Assembly: GCF_001194135.2 (NCBI RefSeq) | Contig: NC_068996.1 | Location: 29,527,166-29,583,647 of the forward strand | Direction: 5' to 3' | DNA: 56,482 nucleotides | Origin: Octopus bimaculoides | Taxonomy: Eukaryota | Shown here: one piece after another, positions 40,801-52,964 of the stretch | How the letters are laid out: every line of letters begins with the position of its first letter | Position numbering within the stretch: position 1 is the stretch's first letter | Position numbers and translations under genes: made by a program | The notes under the pieces: generated by a model | What the model was told of the DNA's origin: nothing | The model's database searches: none | The model's input: the letters and a program-made list of their open reading frames with translations, nothing else

Positions 40801-40955
40801 ACAGAGTGGTTGGTGTTAGGAAGGGCATCCAGCTGTAGAAACTTTGCCAGATTGGATTGAAGCCTGGTGCAGCCTTCTGGCTTGCCAGCCCTTAGTCAAA
40901 CTGTTCAACCCATGCCAACCATGGAAAGTGGATGTTAAGCAACGATGATGATGAT
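37890..40955 (+). mobile_element. RTE-clade LINE, degenerate and internally deleted
   Basis: APE endonuclease remnants (TLKGRSGEIVEMLE..VDLCC/IQEVR; CNTNFRKP..HLFTYRSG..SQLDYIL). RT domains (NYRGIKLL, QFGFMAGKSTTDAIFLVRQLQEK) are present but the QG/YADD region is deleted. C-terminal LYDACVQTVMLHGSETW, a repeat-containing 3'UTR and a (GAT)n tail follow. Confidence 0.92.
37987..38203 (+). mobile_element. 5'-truncated RTE 3' tail nested in the APE domain of the RTE
   Basis: Matches the RTE 3'UTR at about 40740-40955, ends in (GAT)n and interrupts the host reading VDLCC|IQEVR. Confidence 0.85.
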
Positions 40956-41525
40956 ATATATACACACACACTCACCCACACACACACATATATATACACA
41001 TACACACACAAATATATACATGTACACACAGATATGTAACTGTCTTAGAGATTCAAACATTTCACTCCATCTAATCTTGAATATTGAATTTAAGTTATTT
41101 CCAGTATTTTAAAGAGGGACTAATTAACAACACCACACTTTTTATATGCTTTGAGGCTGAAGTTTTTAAAACCCTCTAATTTATTTGTAAATAGTATTTA
41201 ATTTACTGTACATTGTTTTAGTCTGTTAATAAATAATAAAGATTTATATCATCACAAATTTCTTTTGCAAAGGTATCTTTGCAGTGGCAAGGTTATGTAT
41301 GTATATGTATGTTAGTGATTAAAGTATTCAGTGGTATATGAATATATGTAAAGTATGTGTTCAGATATCTATTCCTCTTCATATTTAATATATACAATAC
41401 AATTTGTTTACATGTTTGAATATACTCAGGTCTTTTGTTTTTTTTATATTTACATTTGTATTTAATTTTCATTTTCTAAATTTAATGTTTCTGACATATA
41501 ATTGTAAACAATTCTCTATTCCCAG

Positions 41526-42131
41526 TCTCTTCAAATTTCTTCTCAGCTAAGCGGATTGCTTACTGAATCTCAGACCATACCAATTCAGCAAACAGCTGTT
41601 CAAGCACAGTCTCAGAGTCATCAACCAATTGCTGCACCACAAACTCTTCCAACTCTTCCTTCAACAAGCCAACAGCAAGCAGTCACACTGCCACAACAAC
41701 ACCAGCAGCAAGTCCAGTTACAACAATCCATGCCTCTACAATCACAACAGCAAGCTATGCAACCACAGCAACCTCCATCACAACAGCAACAACAGCAACA
41801 AACAGTGCAACAACCACCACAAGTTTCTCAACAATCTCAACAGCTGAACTCCTTACAGTCTCAATCTCAACAACAGTCCCAACCACAAAAGCCACCTACA
41901 CCACAAGCCCAGCCACAGCAACAACACACTCCTAAACAACAACCTTTATCACAACCTTCAACACCACAGTCAAATACACCTCAAAAAGTCTTGCCTCCTG
42001 TTCAGCAAGGAGGTACTGGACAAAAAGCTCTTACTCCACAAATGCCTCAACCTTTAACACCGAAGCAGCAGCAGGTTCAACAATCAAACCAGTCCATGCC
42101 TGAAGTTATGTCAAAAGGAAAACAATTACCT
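41526..42131 (+). CDS. CREBBP: CBP/p300 Gln/Pro-rich exon upstream of the bromodomain
   Basis: Acceptor ctattcccag| (phase 0), with an alternative in-frame acceptor ttctcag| at 41546. About 200 open codons, very Q/P-rich. Donor CCT|gtatgt, phase 0, in frame with the next exon. Confidence 0.8.
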
Positions 42132-42275
42132 GTATGTATTATTAAAATTTTGATTAATTTTAACTTCTAGATGCAAATATTTTTGAGAAATTAGTTTGTT
42201 TTTGCTATAGTAGTAAATTCTGATGAAATACTTTGTATTGCTAGGTGTTAACTTTTTTTTTAACTTCATTTTCAG

Positions 42276-42783
42276 GATTCTGTTGACCATCCCTTACCAG
42301 AGTTAAAAGTGAAACAAGAATCAGGATTGTGCTTGTCTGAAGCCTTGTCAACAGTAACTACAACTACAATTACAACTACAAGTGTATCTTCAGTGATGAC
42401 AGCTACTACAACAGCAACTAATACAACTGTTACTCCTGCTGAAATTAAGACTGAAATCAAACCCCCCATTAAATATGAATTCATGAAAGAAGAGTTTATT
42501 AAAGATGAGGAAATAATCAAATCAGAGTATCCAAAGCAAGATATTAAACTAGAACTATCAGATATGAAATCTGAACTTAGAGCTGACATAAAAGATGAGC
42601 CATTGACTTTACCTCAGGTAAAAGAAGAGCCTATTGAAACCACAAATCAGCAGCAGAGTCCTGAGTCTACGACTAGTGGAAATCCTGAAAATATAAATGG
42701 TGGAGACACAAAAGCTAATGCCCTTGGAGGTCCATTAGCACCAACCACTCCAGGATCTTCAACTCCTCCTAAATCCAAAAAAG
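42276..42783 (+). CDS. CREBBP: CBP/p300 Thr-rich, PsiKxE-rich exon (CRD1-equivalent region)
   Basis: Acceptor cattttcag|GAT. Open frame DSVDHPLPELKVKQE...PPKSKK. Donor G|gtaata (phase 1) joins the bromodomain exon as V-FKPDELRQAL. Confidence 0.88.
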
Positions 42784-42912
42784 GTAATATTGACTTTTGT
42801 GTGTGGTATTTTTTTTTTTTTTTGTCTTGATTGTTTTAAAGAAAAAAATACCTTTTGTTGTTATAAAGTAAATAACTATTTTAATCTCAAAATTTTTTTT
42901 TTATGTTTATAG

Positions 42913-43031
42913 TTTTCAAACCAGATGAACTGAGGCAGGCATTAATGCCAACATTAGAGAAACTTTATCGACAAGATCCAGAATCTTTACCCTTCAGACA
43001 GCCTGTTGATCCCAGTCTTTTGCAGATTCCA
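42913..43031 (+). CDS. CREBBP: CBP/p300 bromodomain exon, N-terminal half
   Basis: Translates (V)FKPDELRQALMPTLEKLYRQDPESLPFRQPVDPSLLQIP, near-identical to the CBP/p300 bromodomain. Canonical ag/gt boundaries. Confidence 0.97.
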
Positions 43032-46000
43032 GTAAGTAAAAATTAGCAAATTGTCATTTTAAAAATAATTTGACTCTATTTTGTAAATTGTTTCTAATGT
43101 TTTATTTTTCTATAAATACATTTTATGAATGAAATAACTTGATATTTTTCCTAGAGAGAAAAGATCTAAATACACAGTTTGCAAAAATGTTTCATTACAC
43201 TTATATTATAAAATACAATTACTTAAAAGTAACAAACTAATCCAAAACTGTAACTAGTCATTCCTTTGATTTCACATTTAAGAGCAAAATTTATTTTTAG
43301 AATATTTTCAAAATTTCGAAAACTGTAATTTTAAAAATGTGAAGAGAATTTATAGAAAATACTCAGTTATCATGGAAATTTATATTTCTTTTAACATAAC
43401 AAAAATTTGATTTCAATGGTATTTATAAATATTGACTAGGTGTGTAATTATGAAAAAAATTATTAGAATTCAGTTTAGAAAATGAAACATATTAAATATA
43501 TTTGAAAAATTCTTAAAAATCACCTGTAGAAAGTTAAATGGTGATGATGAAATTGCATACAAATAATACAAATTTAATAGGTAAGGATATGAAAATGTTC
43601 TTTGTTATTTGGAGGATTTCTTTTGAATAATTTCAAATACCATGAACAATATATGGATAAATTACATTTTTCTATTGTACATCTTAATGGATGTCATTAA
43701 GAATGTTGGAGGTAAGTATGTTTTATTTAACTCAATTATGTTGTATATGTAAATCATCTCACTTAAGTGGTTGAATTTTTAACTAGTGGCCAACCTTCAG
43801 ATCTTATTGTTTCAACATTACATATAATGTTTATGGCAAAAATATGATAACTAGATATTGATAAATAAGTCTTTATTACATATATAATTTTTATATTCTA
43901 TTTTTATTGTTTACAGAGTGGGTCTTTTTCCACGAATTGTTTAAAACATGGAACCTAGATTTTAAAATTTGATTTCATAAAGATCAATTAATTTTAATGT
44001 ATGCATTGTTTGTCTGTACATGGTGAGCATGAAAATGGTTTGTGTGTGTAGAACTGGTATGTAAATGTATTTATTCAAGTTTATTTTATGAATTAAAAAG
44101 TTGTAATAGAAGGAATGAAGGATCTTGGTCCTTTTTGTATCATAATTCACCTTTGTTAATTTGTTGGTTACATTATTGTTTTCATTATTTAGTAATTTAT
44201 TGGTATTATTTATTTTAATTCATTATGTTAATTTATTCAATTAGATTTGTCTTGGAAAATTGAAGGAAATCTGATTTTGTCATATCTTTCTATTCTAAAT
44301 AGGTTCTAAATTTTGGGAAGTAATGTATGTTACTGTAGAGGTATTCTTAATAATTTTATGGGAGGGATTTTCCTGCATGCTGAAAGAAGTAATTTAAAAA
44401 TAAAAAGGTTTTTTTTCTTCTTTTTTCTGCATGCTAAAGGGTGTAATATTTGAAAATAAAAATAAAAGGGATTAAATAGCAACTCTTAGAAATTAACTGA
44501 ACTGACAGAAATAATTGTAAATATTAAATTGAAACTTTTTTCTTTTTCCAGGACTGTGAATCCCAAGTACACCTCAGGATCATGGTCTATATATATATAT
44601 ATTGTGTTTAGTTCTTTAGAATATTTTTTTGTGAAAGCAGTATGAATTAGCCATATGGGGATAATGTTCTTTTACATTTATACATACAGATGCTCTCATG
44701 CAAATAAACAAAAAAAAATATCTTTAATCAAGTTAACTACCTTCCAATCCTTTAAAAATATTATATTCTTTTTTATTTACTCTTACAAATCTTCCCTTCA
44801 ACTATCTGCTGTGTATGTTCCTGCTTCAGACTTTTGATCTTTGTAGCCATATCTTGAGCTTTCTTATGATTTTTGTTTTAATTGTCTTGATAATGATGGT
44901 AATAAAGTTTAAATTATCTATAAATATGTTTTCTTTAGATTGTAAAACTTGCAGTTAGAATTTAAAATTTTTTTTAAGAGTGGTGGGGGTTACATAAGAA
45001 ATAGAAGGCCAGACTAAATGCTTTCAGTGCAAATTCTATCCTATGCTCTGAGTTCAAATCCTATTTCACTTTACAATTCATCTTTCTGAGGTCAATAAAG
45101 AATGGTTAGTCATATACTGTCACTGATTCAGCCAATTTTGAACTCTTCCTAATTTGCAACCTAGTACCAATGTAAAAAAGATTATTATATTTACAAGTGC
45201 TGTTAAGTTAAATTGCTTAATTTCTTCAGAAATAGTTTACTAAAATATGCCGTATTTTAATTTATTTCATCCAACAGTCACTTCAAGAAAATATCTGAAT
45301 ATTAATGAATGTGAAGAGTAATTTTCAGTCAATAATTTTCAAAATTTATCTCAGTACACTTATCAAAGAATTTTTAAAGCTGATGTAAAGATTTGGGCAA
45401 CTACTAAAAGCTTTATATTCTTCCAAATAATATGCTTCACAAAGATTTTGTACCTAATACTTTTTCTTAACTTACTAATGTAGGTTAATATATCTGCTTT
45501 AAAGTAGTCAAAACAAAGGTTTAAAATTTTCTGCAATACATTTAAATATTATTTTATATTTTATGTGATTTGTGATCTTAGTAGACTTACAACAGTTGAA
45601 AATTTATTGTAATATATTTTTCACTTTGTTTCCATTTATTGTATTTTTCTCCCATCACTCATTTCCTTTGGATCTTTCAACTACATACATATTTAAATAG
45701 AATAAATAGTTTAGTTGAAATACTTTGCTGATTTTTTTCTTTTTTTTTTACTGACTGACCCTGGAATGTTTGTATTATTTTTTTCTCCTGGAACAGCTCC
45801 CCTGTCTAACACAAACACAGGACAAGAAATGGTGGAAACATTCTAAGGTCAGTTGGTAAACTCAAAAGAGCATATCAATTTTAAGTGTATCTATTTGAAG
45901 TACATCCATGTATAATGGAGAGAGGTGCTAGAAATCTTTGAGCCCTTATGACAGTTTTTGAGGTTGAGTATATCTGTTTATCTAGTGTCTTCACTGTTTC

Positions 46001-46650
46001 AAGTTGCATAATATGTATTCTGGTTTCTATTTGCTTTTTTCCTTCAAGGAAATATTTAAGTTATGACTTGGAAATTTTATTGATCATACATTGTTTAATA
46101 TGCTTCTTTTAAAATTAGGGATTTCTAATAAATTTCTTAAATATATACATTATTCTTTTTGGAGCTTATTTTCAAATTGCTTATGATTCTTAATTTTGCT
46201 TGGTATGTTGTGGTCAATTTTCTAGCTCACAAGTTTTCTACTTCAAAGATTTAGATTTTCATTTCTTACCTTAGAAATGTTCTTCCATATATAGATTGGA
46301 TTATTTTATTAAAATGGAATTTAATTTAAGTAGACAGTTGATATAAAATAGTTCACTATTTTGTAGTCTTCTTACTGTTTTCATTTTGTAGACTTTGGTA
46401 TGGTGCTTTTAGTTTATTTGGTATCTGTTATCATAGTTTCAAAACATATATTTTTATGGCATACTATAAATCCAAAGCTTGTGGACCTGTCATGTAATGT
46501 TGAAACACTTTATGATCTGTAGAACTCGTAGAAAATAACTGATCTTGCCAGACTGTTGTCAAAATACTCATTTAATGGGTATATATTAGCAGTTGGTAAA
46601 ATTTTAATAATATTTAAGAAATGATATTATTAGTAATTGCTCTTTTACAG

Positions 46651-46821
46651 GATTATTTTATGATAATTAAGAAGCCCATGGACCTCTCCACTATAAAAAG
46701 AAAGCTTGATACAGGACAGTACCAAGACCCATGGCAGTATGTTGAAGATGTTTGGCTCATGTTTGATAATGCATGGCTGTATAATAGAAAAACATCAAGA
46801 GTTTATAAATACTGCTCAAAG
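46651..46821 (+). CDS. CREBBP: CBP/p300 bromodomain exon, C-terminal half
   Basis: DYFMIIKKPMDLSTIKRKLDTGQYQDPWQYVEDVWLMFDNAWLYNRKTSRVYKYCSK. 171 nt, phase 0-0. The acetyl-lysine-binding Asn (YNRK) is intact. Confidence 0.98.
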
Positions 46822-46954
46822 GTAAGATAACAAAATATGAATTTTTAAATGCACAAATGTTTATATAAGAATGGGATTTTGTTCTATCATACCTAATCAT
46901 AATATTTTCTAAGTATCCATAATAACAGTTAATACATTTTACTTTCTATTTCAG

Positions 46955-47112
46955 TTAGCTGAAGTTTTTGAGGGTGAGATTGATCAGGTGATGCAATCCC
47001 TTGGCTATTGTTGTGGCCGGAAATTTGTTTTTAGTCCACAAGTGCTTTGTTGTTATGGAAAACAATTGTGTACCATTCCAAGGGATGCTGTGTATTATAG
47101 CTATCAAAATAG
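46955..47112 (+). CDS. CREBBP: CBP/p300 end of bromodomain and start of RING/CH2
   Basis: LAEVFEGEIDQVMQSLGYCCGRKFVFSPQVLCCYGKQLCTIPRDAVYYSYQN(R). Boundaries tttcag| and AG|gtaaat. Confidence 0.97.
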
Positions 47113-48313
47113 GTAAATTGAAATACTTTTTCATGCTATATAACTAAAATTTAAAATCTTCATTTGTTATGTATATTACTAAATCCTCAAATTGACATAT
47201 TTCACTCACATTATACTCCTTAACCCCCATGAAAACCACTATTCTGAATGCCTTCTGCTACAGTAGCATAAAATGCTTGCCATCTAAATCTATTTGTTCA
47301 TCTTGAAAGTCTTTCAGATTACTGTTATAATAAACACTTTCCTTGCCAAAATTTTTTCCACATGTTCCTCAAAATTTCATTAATACACTTCAACATTTAT
47401 AGTCAATTTTGGAGAAAGCTTGTCATCAATCTTTTGGATTTATTCCAACTATTCTTTAATTGATCTTGGAAGTAGTTTTTCATGAGGTTGCTTGTAATGT
47501 ACATTGTGTTGATATGTGGTATTGTGTGATAATTTATTGTCTGGCATATAACACATTCATTAATTGATAATGCATTTAAAATTAAGAGTAAGAATTGAAA
47601 CTTTGAAAAACTAAGATCAGAAACCTTATAATGACTATTCATACAAACACACATACCACTGTATATATAATTTTCTTTCTGCTTCAGTAGCAATGTAGTA
47701 ATACAAAACATTCATCTTTTAATTTTTTTGCACTATGATAAAATTGTGTCAATAAATTTATAAACCTACATTGTAAATTTCTTAGAATTCTTACATCTGA
47801 CTAATGTTTACTTCATTAGTCTTGTTCCTCTATCATTCTTTCTTTGAGACTCATCACCGGTTGACCAGGCACATTGCTTGTTTCCATGTTTTTCCACAAT
47901 TCTATGGATATGTCTTATTGTTTGATCATTGCAATAATTCTTTCATAGCCATAAGAGAAAACACCCTGGCTTTTTCCTGTCTTTTCTTATTCTTTCAAAT
48001 ATCAGTAGTTATATGATTAGTTTTCTAAAATATTCGACATATCTTGAAAGAATATAGATTTCATTTCTTGAGTTACACAACATTGAAAAATCATGACTTT
48101 CTGTCAATATGCCAGGAATATGACTGCATTTTGTATGTCATACAATGCTTGTACTGAATAAGTTCTTAACCAGCTCTACACTTCTATGGAGCCAAATAAT
48201 AGCATTAATTTAATATAGTAGGGATACTTAAAACAGTAGAATCTTATATAGTCTTATTTTTTAATGTTTGATTTGAAATGCAAACTTTATTTTTCTCCTT
48301 TTATTTTGTATAG

Positions 48314-48394
48314 ATATGTATATTGTGAAAAATGCTTTCAAGAAATCCAAGGAGAGGAAGTGGAATTAGCAGATGATCCATCCCAGCCTGTTAC
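48314..48394 (+). CDS. CREBBP: CBP/p300 RING exon; last CBP exon detected in the window
   Basis: (R)YVYCEKCFQEIQGEEVELADDPSQPV(T). Boundaries tgtatag| and AC|gtgagt, phase 2-2. Confidence 0.95.
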
Positions 48395-49459
48395 GTGAGT
48401 ATGACTTTACAATTGAGATGCATTTTCTAAAAAAAAAAAGTTAATGGCATTCTTAAGGGGAAAAAAAACTTGTAGAAAATTCAAAACTCTTTGTTAACTG
48501 CCAAAGGCATTCAGTTAAAAAGGTAAGGAATTTTCCTAGCACCTGTCCTTCAATTCCAAACAGTTTCATTTACAGATTCTTTGAAATCTATCTTTATTTC
48601 ATTAAATGTATATGTGATTGATAAATAGTGACTAATAATACTGTCATTTTGCTTTTATTCTCCCTTGTAATATTGTTAATGTATATTTTAGTTTTGTTTA
48701 AATTGTTAATCTCCCAATATTTTTCATTTTAAATCCAGTTTTCTGTTTAGTTGTGATTTTCATTCAGTTCTAATGAATTCTTGGTATATTTGGTGTGTGC
48801 AATGTTTGAATTATTTTTTTATTTGTTGTTTGCACTTTTAATTTACTAAAGTTGGGAAAATAAAAAAAGAAGCTATAAAAATTTTTGAAATATTTGTTAT
48901 TGAATGCAATTACAATTCAAAACTTTAATATCTTCTTCATTAACTTGGGTTTTCCTATGATAAGCTAGATTTTCTCTAATAATTCAATTTTTTTTTATTA
49001 GTTAGGCATTGGGAAGAGTATATTTTATATAAAAAAAAAAAATCAAAAAAAAAAAAAAAAACTAACTTAAAATTCAGAGTTACAAATTTCAAAATTATAA
49101 TATTTCATCGGTTATTTAGTTTAGTTTTCTATAATTTTCTTAAGTTTATCCTAAAAATTTAGTTTTATAATATTTATTTCCACCTCCACTCTCTCCCTCA
49201 TGGTTTAGCTGTGTACGTAGTTTGTTATTCTTTCTCTCTCTGTAAGTATGGTGTGTATGTATATGTGTGTTTGTGTGAGAGAGAGAGAGAGTGTATATAT
49301 ATGTCTATACGTACATGTGTGTGTATATATATATATATATCTGTGTGTATATATATATATATCTGTATGTATGTATGTATGTGTACTGTATTGCAGACAC
49401 GTATTACACAAACTGCTGAGATGAATGAGAATAATTTATAAATTGTATATTACATGTAG

Positions 49460-50850
49460 GCACATAGTCATCTTCAGAATTACTCATACCCTTGTTAATT
49501 TTTGTGATAAAATGAATGCATTTTGTCAAGTTTGTTTATGAGTTATATGTGACTAACATGTGAAAGAATAGCAACAATACACAATTCAAGAAATTCTTCA
49601 TTTCAGGGGGCTTTCTATTCATGGATTTTCAAAAAATGCCATGTTCAAAATTATTCATACCCTAGTTTTACTGAGTCCAATATCTTCCTTTAATAGTCAA
49701 TAGCATAGCCTTTGTTTTTTATGACTGCTTATAGACAATTCTTGTATGTGTCCACAAGCTTCGTGCATGTCTCCTGAGAGATGTTGGCCTGCTCTTTCTT
49801 TGGCGAAAGCCTCAAGCTAGGTCAGGTTGGTTGGTTTCCTAGCCATCACTCTGGTCTTCAAGTCTCGCCACAAGTTGTCAGCCATTCTAGGATGTTGACA
49901 TCATTGTCCTTGAACCATTTCTTCACTACCATGGCGGTATATTTCAGATTATTGTCTTGCTGGTACTTTCACTTGTGGCCGAGTTGGAGTTTTTCAGTGA
50001 ATTCCCTCATGTTTTCATCAAGGTTCCCTGTGCCACTGAAAGAGAAGCATCCCCATAGCATTGTTTCCACCACCATGCTTGATGGTGGGCACAATGTTCT
50101 TCGGCTTGTATGTTTCTTCTTTCTTCCTCCAAATATATTCAGCATCCATATAGTCAAATAACTCAAACTTTGTCTCATGAGACCACAGGATGGCTGACCA
50201 AAAGTTGGGATCTTGCTTCAGATGACCTCTAGCAAAAGCCAGGTGATCCTCCAGATGTTTCTCTTTGAGCAGCGTCATCTTCCAAGGCCTACGTCCATGG
50301 AGACCTCCTCTGTGCAAGACTATTCAATGATGGACCATGACACCTTCATCCCTTCCTGGTCAAGCAGTTCAATTAGGGCCTTGGTTGTTATCTGGGGGTT
50401 GTTGTTAACTTCTCGGCAGATTTTCCTGGCAAGTTTGGGTGATACCTTATGCTTCCTGCCATGCCCACTGAGGTTTTTAACAGTGTTGAACTTCTTGTGC
50501 TTGTTGATGGTTGCTACAGGGACATCATACTGCTTTGAAATGGCCTTGTAACCTTTTCCTTCACTGCGGGCATGCAAAAGACATTGACATAGGTCCACAC
50601 TGAACTTCTTCTTGGCCATGATCATCAGAAACTGAAAATTACCAGAACACTTTTCCTCTATTTAACCTGACCTAGCTCGAGGCTTTCGCCAAGGAAGAGT
50701 GGGCCAATAACCCACAGGAGACATGCAAGAAGCTTGTGGATACATGCAAGAATCGTCTAGAAGCAGTCATACAAAAACAAAGTCTGTGCTATTGACTATT
50801 AAAGAAAGGTATTTGAAGTAAATCTAGGGTATGAATAATTTTAAACATGG
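49460..50850 (-). mobile_element. Tc1-family (IR/DR-type) transposon, defective
   Basis: MAKKK..GKGYKAISKQ..GRKHKVSP (paired-like DBD), LHGRRPWK..FWSAILWSHETKFELF, PTIKHGGG, KWFKDNDVNILEW..AVIKNKGYAIDY*. The SPDLNPIE motif is deleted. The direct-repeat motif aattattcataccc occurs at about 49480 and 49650, and inverted at about 50830. Confidence 0.92.
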
Positions 50851-51914
50851 TGTCAATTTGTTCAACTAAATTCTTCAAGGTCATGCCCTAATATAGCCCC
50901 AGTTTAGTGACTGAGGCAAGCAGACGATAAAAAGTCAAAAAATAAAATAGTGTGTGTATTTGAATGCATATAAATGTGTAAAGGTGGCATGAAACAAAGG
51001 TTGGGCTTAGTATGTTTTGCAATTTTGAGAGCAATTTGCTGGAACACGTGTGTTCTATTAAAAAGATTTGCAACCATAGCTATTATATGTGTTATATATA
51101 TTTGTGTGAACTGGTATGTGTGTTTGTATACATGCAAAATCATCATCATCATCATCATCATCGTTTAACGTCACAAAATATAAAAAAAAATCTGCTACTC
51201 AGTTCCCGATCATCAGACAGTTGTGATTGAGGATGGAAGAATTAAGTTCATATGTATAAATAGATTTACATTGACATACACATTTGAATCTGATTGGTCA
51301 TTTCACCTAACAGTTTTTTTGGGGGGTTTTTTAAATGGTGATATAAATAAAACTATCAAAAATTAAAAGGCTTAAATATTTGTATTGTGTAAAATCAAAA
51401 TAAATATTAGTTTAAAAGGGAAAACATGCCCAGAGTAAATTAATTCATGTTAAATATGTCTAATTGATATAAAAGTTTATTTTGAATAAAATATTCACTT
51501 ACAGAAGTCTAAAAGCATAAAAACATACACGTTATTCACACACATACATAGATCATTATACTTACATACACTTAAAACATATGCAAACATGTACAGAATC
51601 TGATACATATAACAGGCAAATATAAATATCTACATACACATATATACATAATACATCCCCTGTTCAACAAGTAAAATGCAAATCCAGATAAATCCAACAA
51701 ATGCCCTGTAGAATTTTAAGAAATTTAGAGTATTTAACAGCAACCAATAAGATCACACCTTAAAAATCCAACACTTGTTTCAATTGCATTACACACATAT
51801 AGAAATGTACACACACACAATATAAAAATTAATAATAATATTTGCAAACATTTATGTCAACACAACATTATCAAGGTAATCAAAACTGGTGAAATTCCAA
51901 CTGAATATCTGAAA

Positions 51915-52964
51915 AAAATTTTGGATCTTTCTGATTTGGCGGACACCATTTGTTTTCTAACGAAACACTTTCAAACTTGGGATACTGGTATCTTTTTCTC
52001 TTAGCCTTGTTAATAAAAGTTTCTATATTCCAAGTTATTTCATGTTAAAAGTTGTCGTATTTCTGTAATTTCAACCAATCACTGACATCTATTGAGGTGA
52101 AGACAATTACTGCTGTGGTTTGTCAACAACACGTTATGGCGGTGTAATGGGATCTTTTTCCTTGAATAAAATTACTGCCGTTGTTTGTCAACAACAACTA
52201 TCAGCGGTACTGTTATTTATGACATCGTTCGTGCATTTGTACTGGTTTTAGAGTTAGGGTTTTAGGGTCAGGGTTAGGGATAGGGTTTTAGAGTTAGTGT
52301 TAGGGTTTTAGATAATCTTGTTTCAAACCACTCAGCCAATGAGTATTTTTGCCAAATTTGGTGAAAATCTGTTCAACAATTTTTCGGTAATTTCGTATGT
52401 ACTGTGTACTCAGTAGCACATTTTCTAAATGATGGTAGAGTTTGATTCGAGGAAGATTTGGCTGCTATTTCTAGGAAATGAAGCAACTGTTTGGAAGCCC
52501 TTTCTTTCAACTATTTTGTTGGCTTGATTCCCTTATTAGCTATTATCCAATCGACTGAAACAAGTAGAATAGTGTAATTAAAGCATATTGGTAGTAGCTA
52601 ATAAACCTTCCTATTATAGGCACAAGGCCTGGTTTTTGAGGAAAGGAGTAAGTCAATTATATTAGTCCCAGTGCATAACTGGTGCTTAATTCAAAAGGAT
52701 TATCAGGGACTAACGATACATACACCACCACAAATTATTATTGAAACAAGAACAGCAGTAACTGTATTCAGCTGAATAGACGTCAGAGATTGGTTGAAAT
52801 TACCGAAATACGACAATTTTTAACATGAAATAACTTTGAATATAAAAATTTTTCCTCTGTTCTATAAGACAAAATATACAAGTATACGAAGTTTGAAAGT
52901 GTTTCAGTAGAAAATACAATAAATAAAAAATGGTGTCCGCCAAATCAGAAAGATCCAAAATTTT
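51915..52964. mobile_element. About 1.05-kb inverted-repeat element (MITE-like) containing telomere-like repeats
   Basis: 37-nt perfect inverted repeat (51915-51951 and 52928-52964) that extends imperfectly to about 80-90 nt. No ORF inside. Confidence 0.6.
52246..52312 (+). repeat. Degenerate (TTAGGG)n tract
   Basis: Four exact TTAGGG units plus TCAGGG, ATAGGG, TTAGAG and TTAGTG variants. Confidence 0.8.

Noticed and set aside
40780-40840. Possible twister or HDV-like ribozyme in the RTE UTR
   Set aside because: I could not find the twister L4 (GUCCCAAGC-like) or an HDV pseudoknot pattern.
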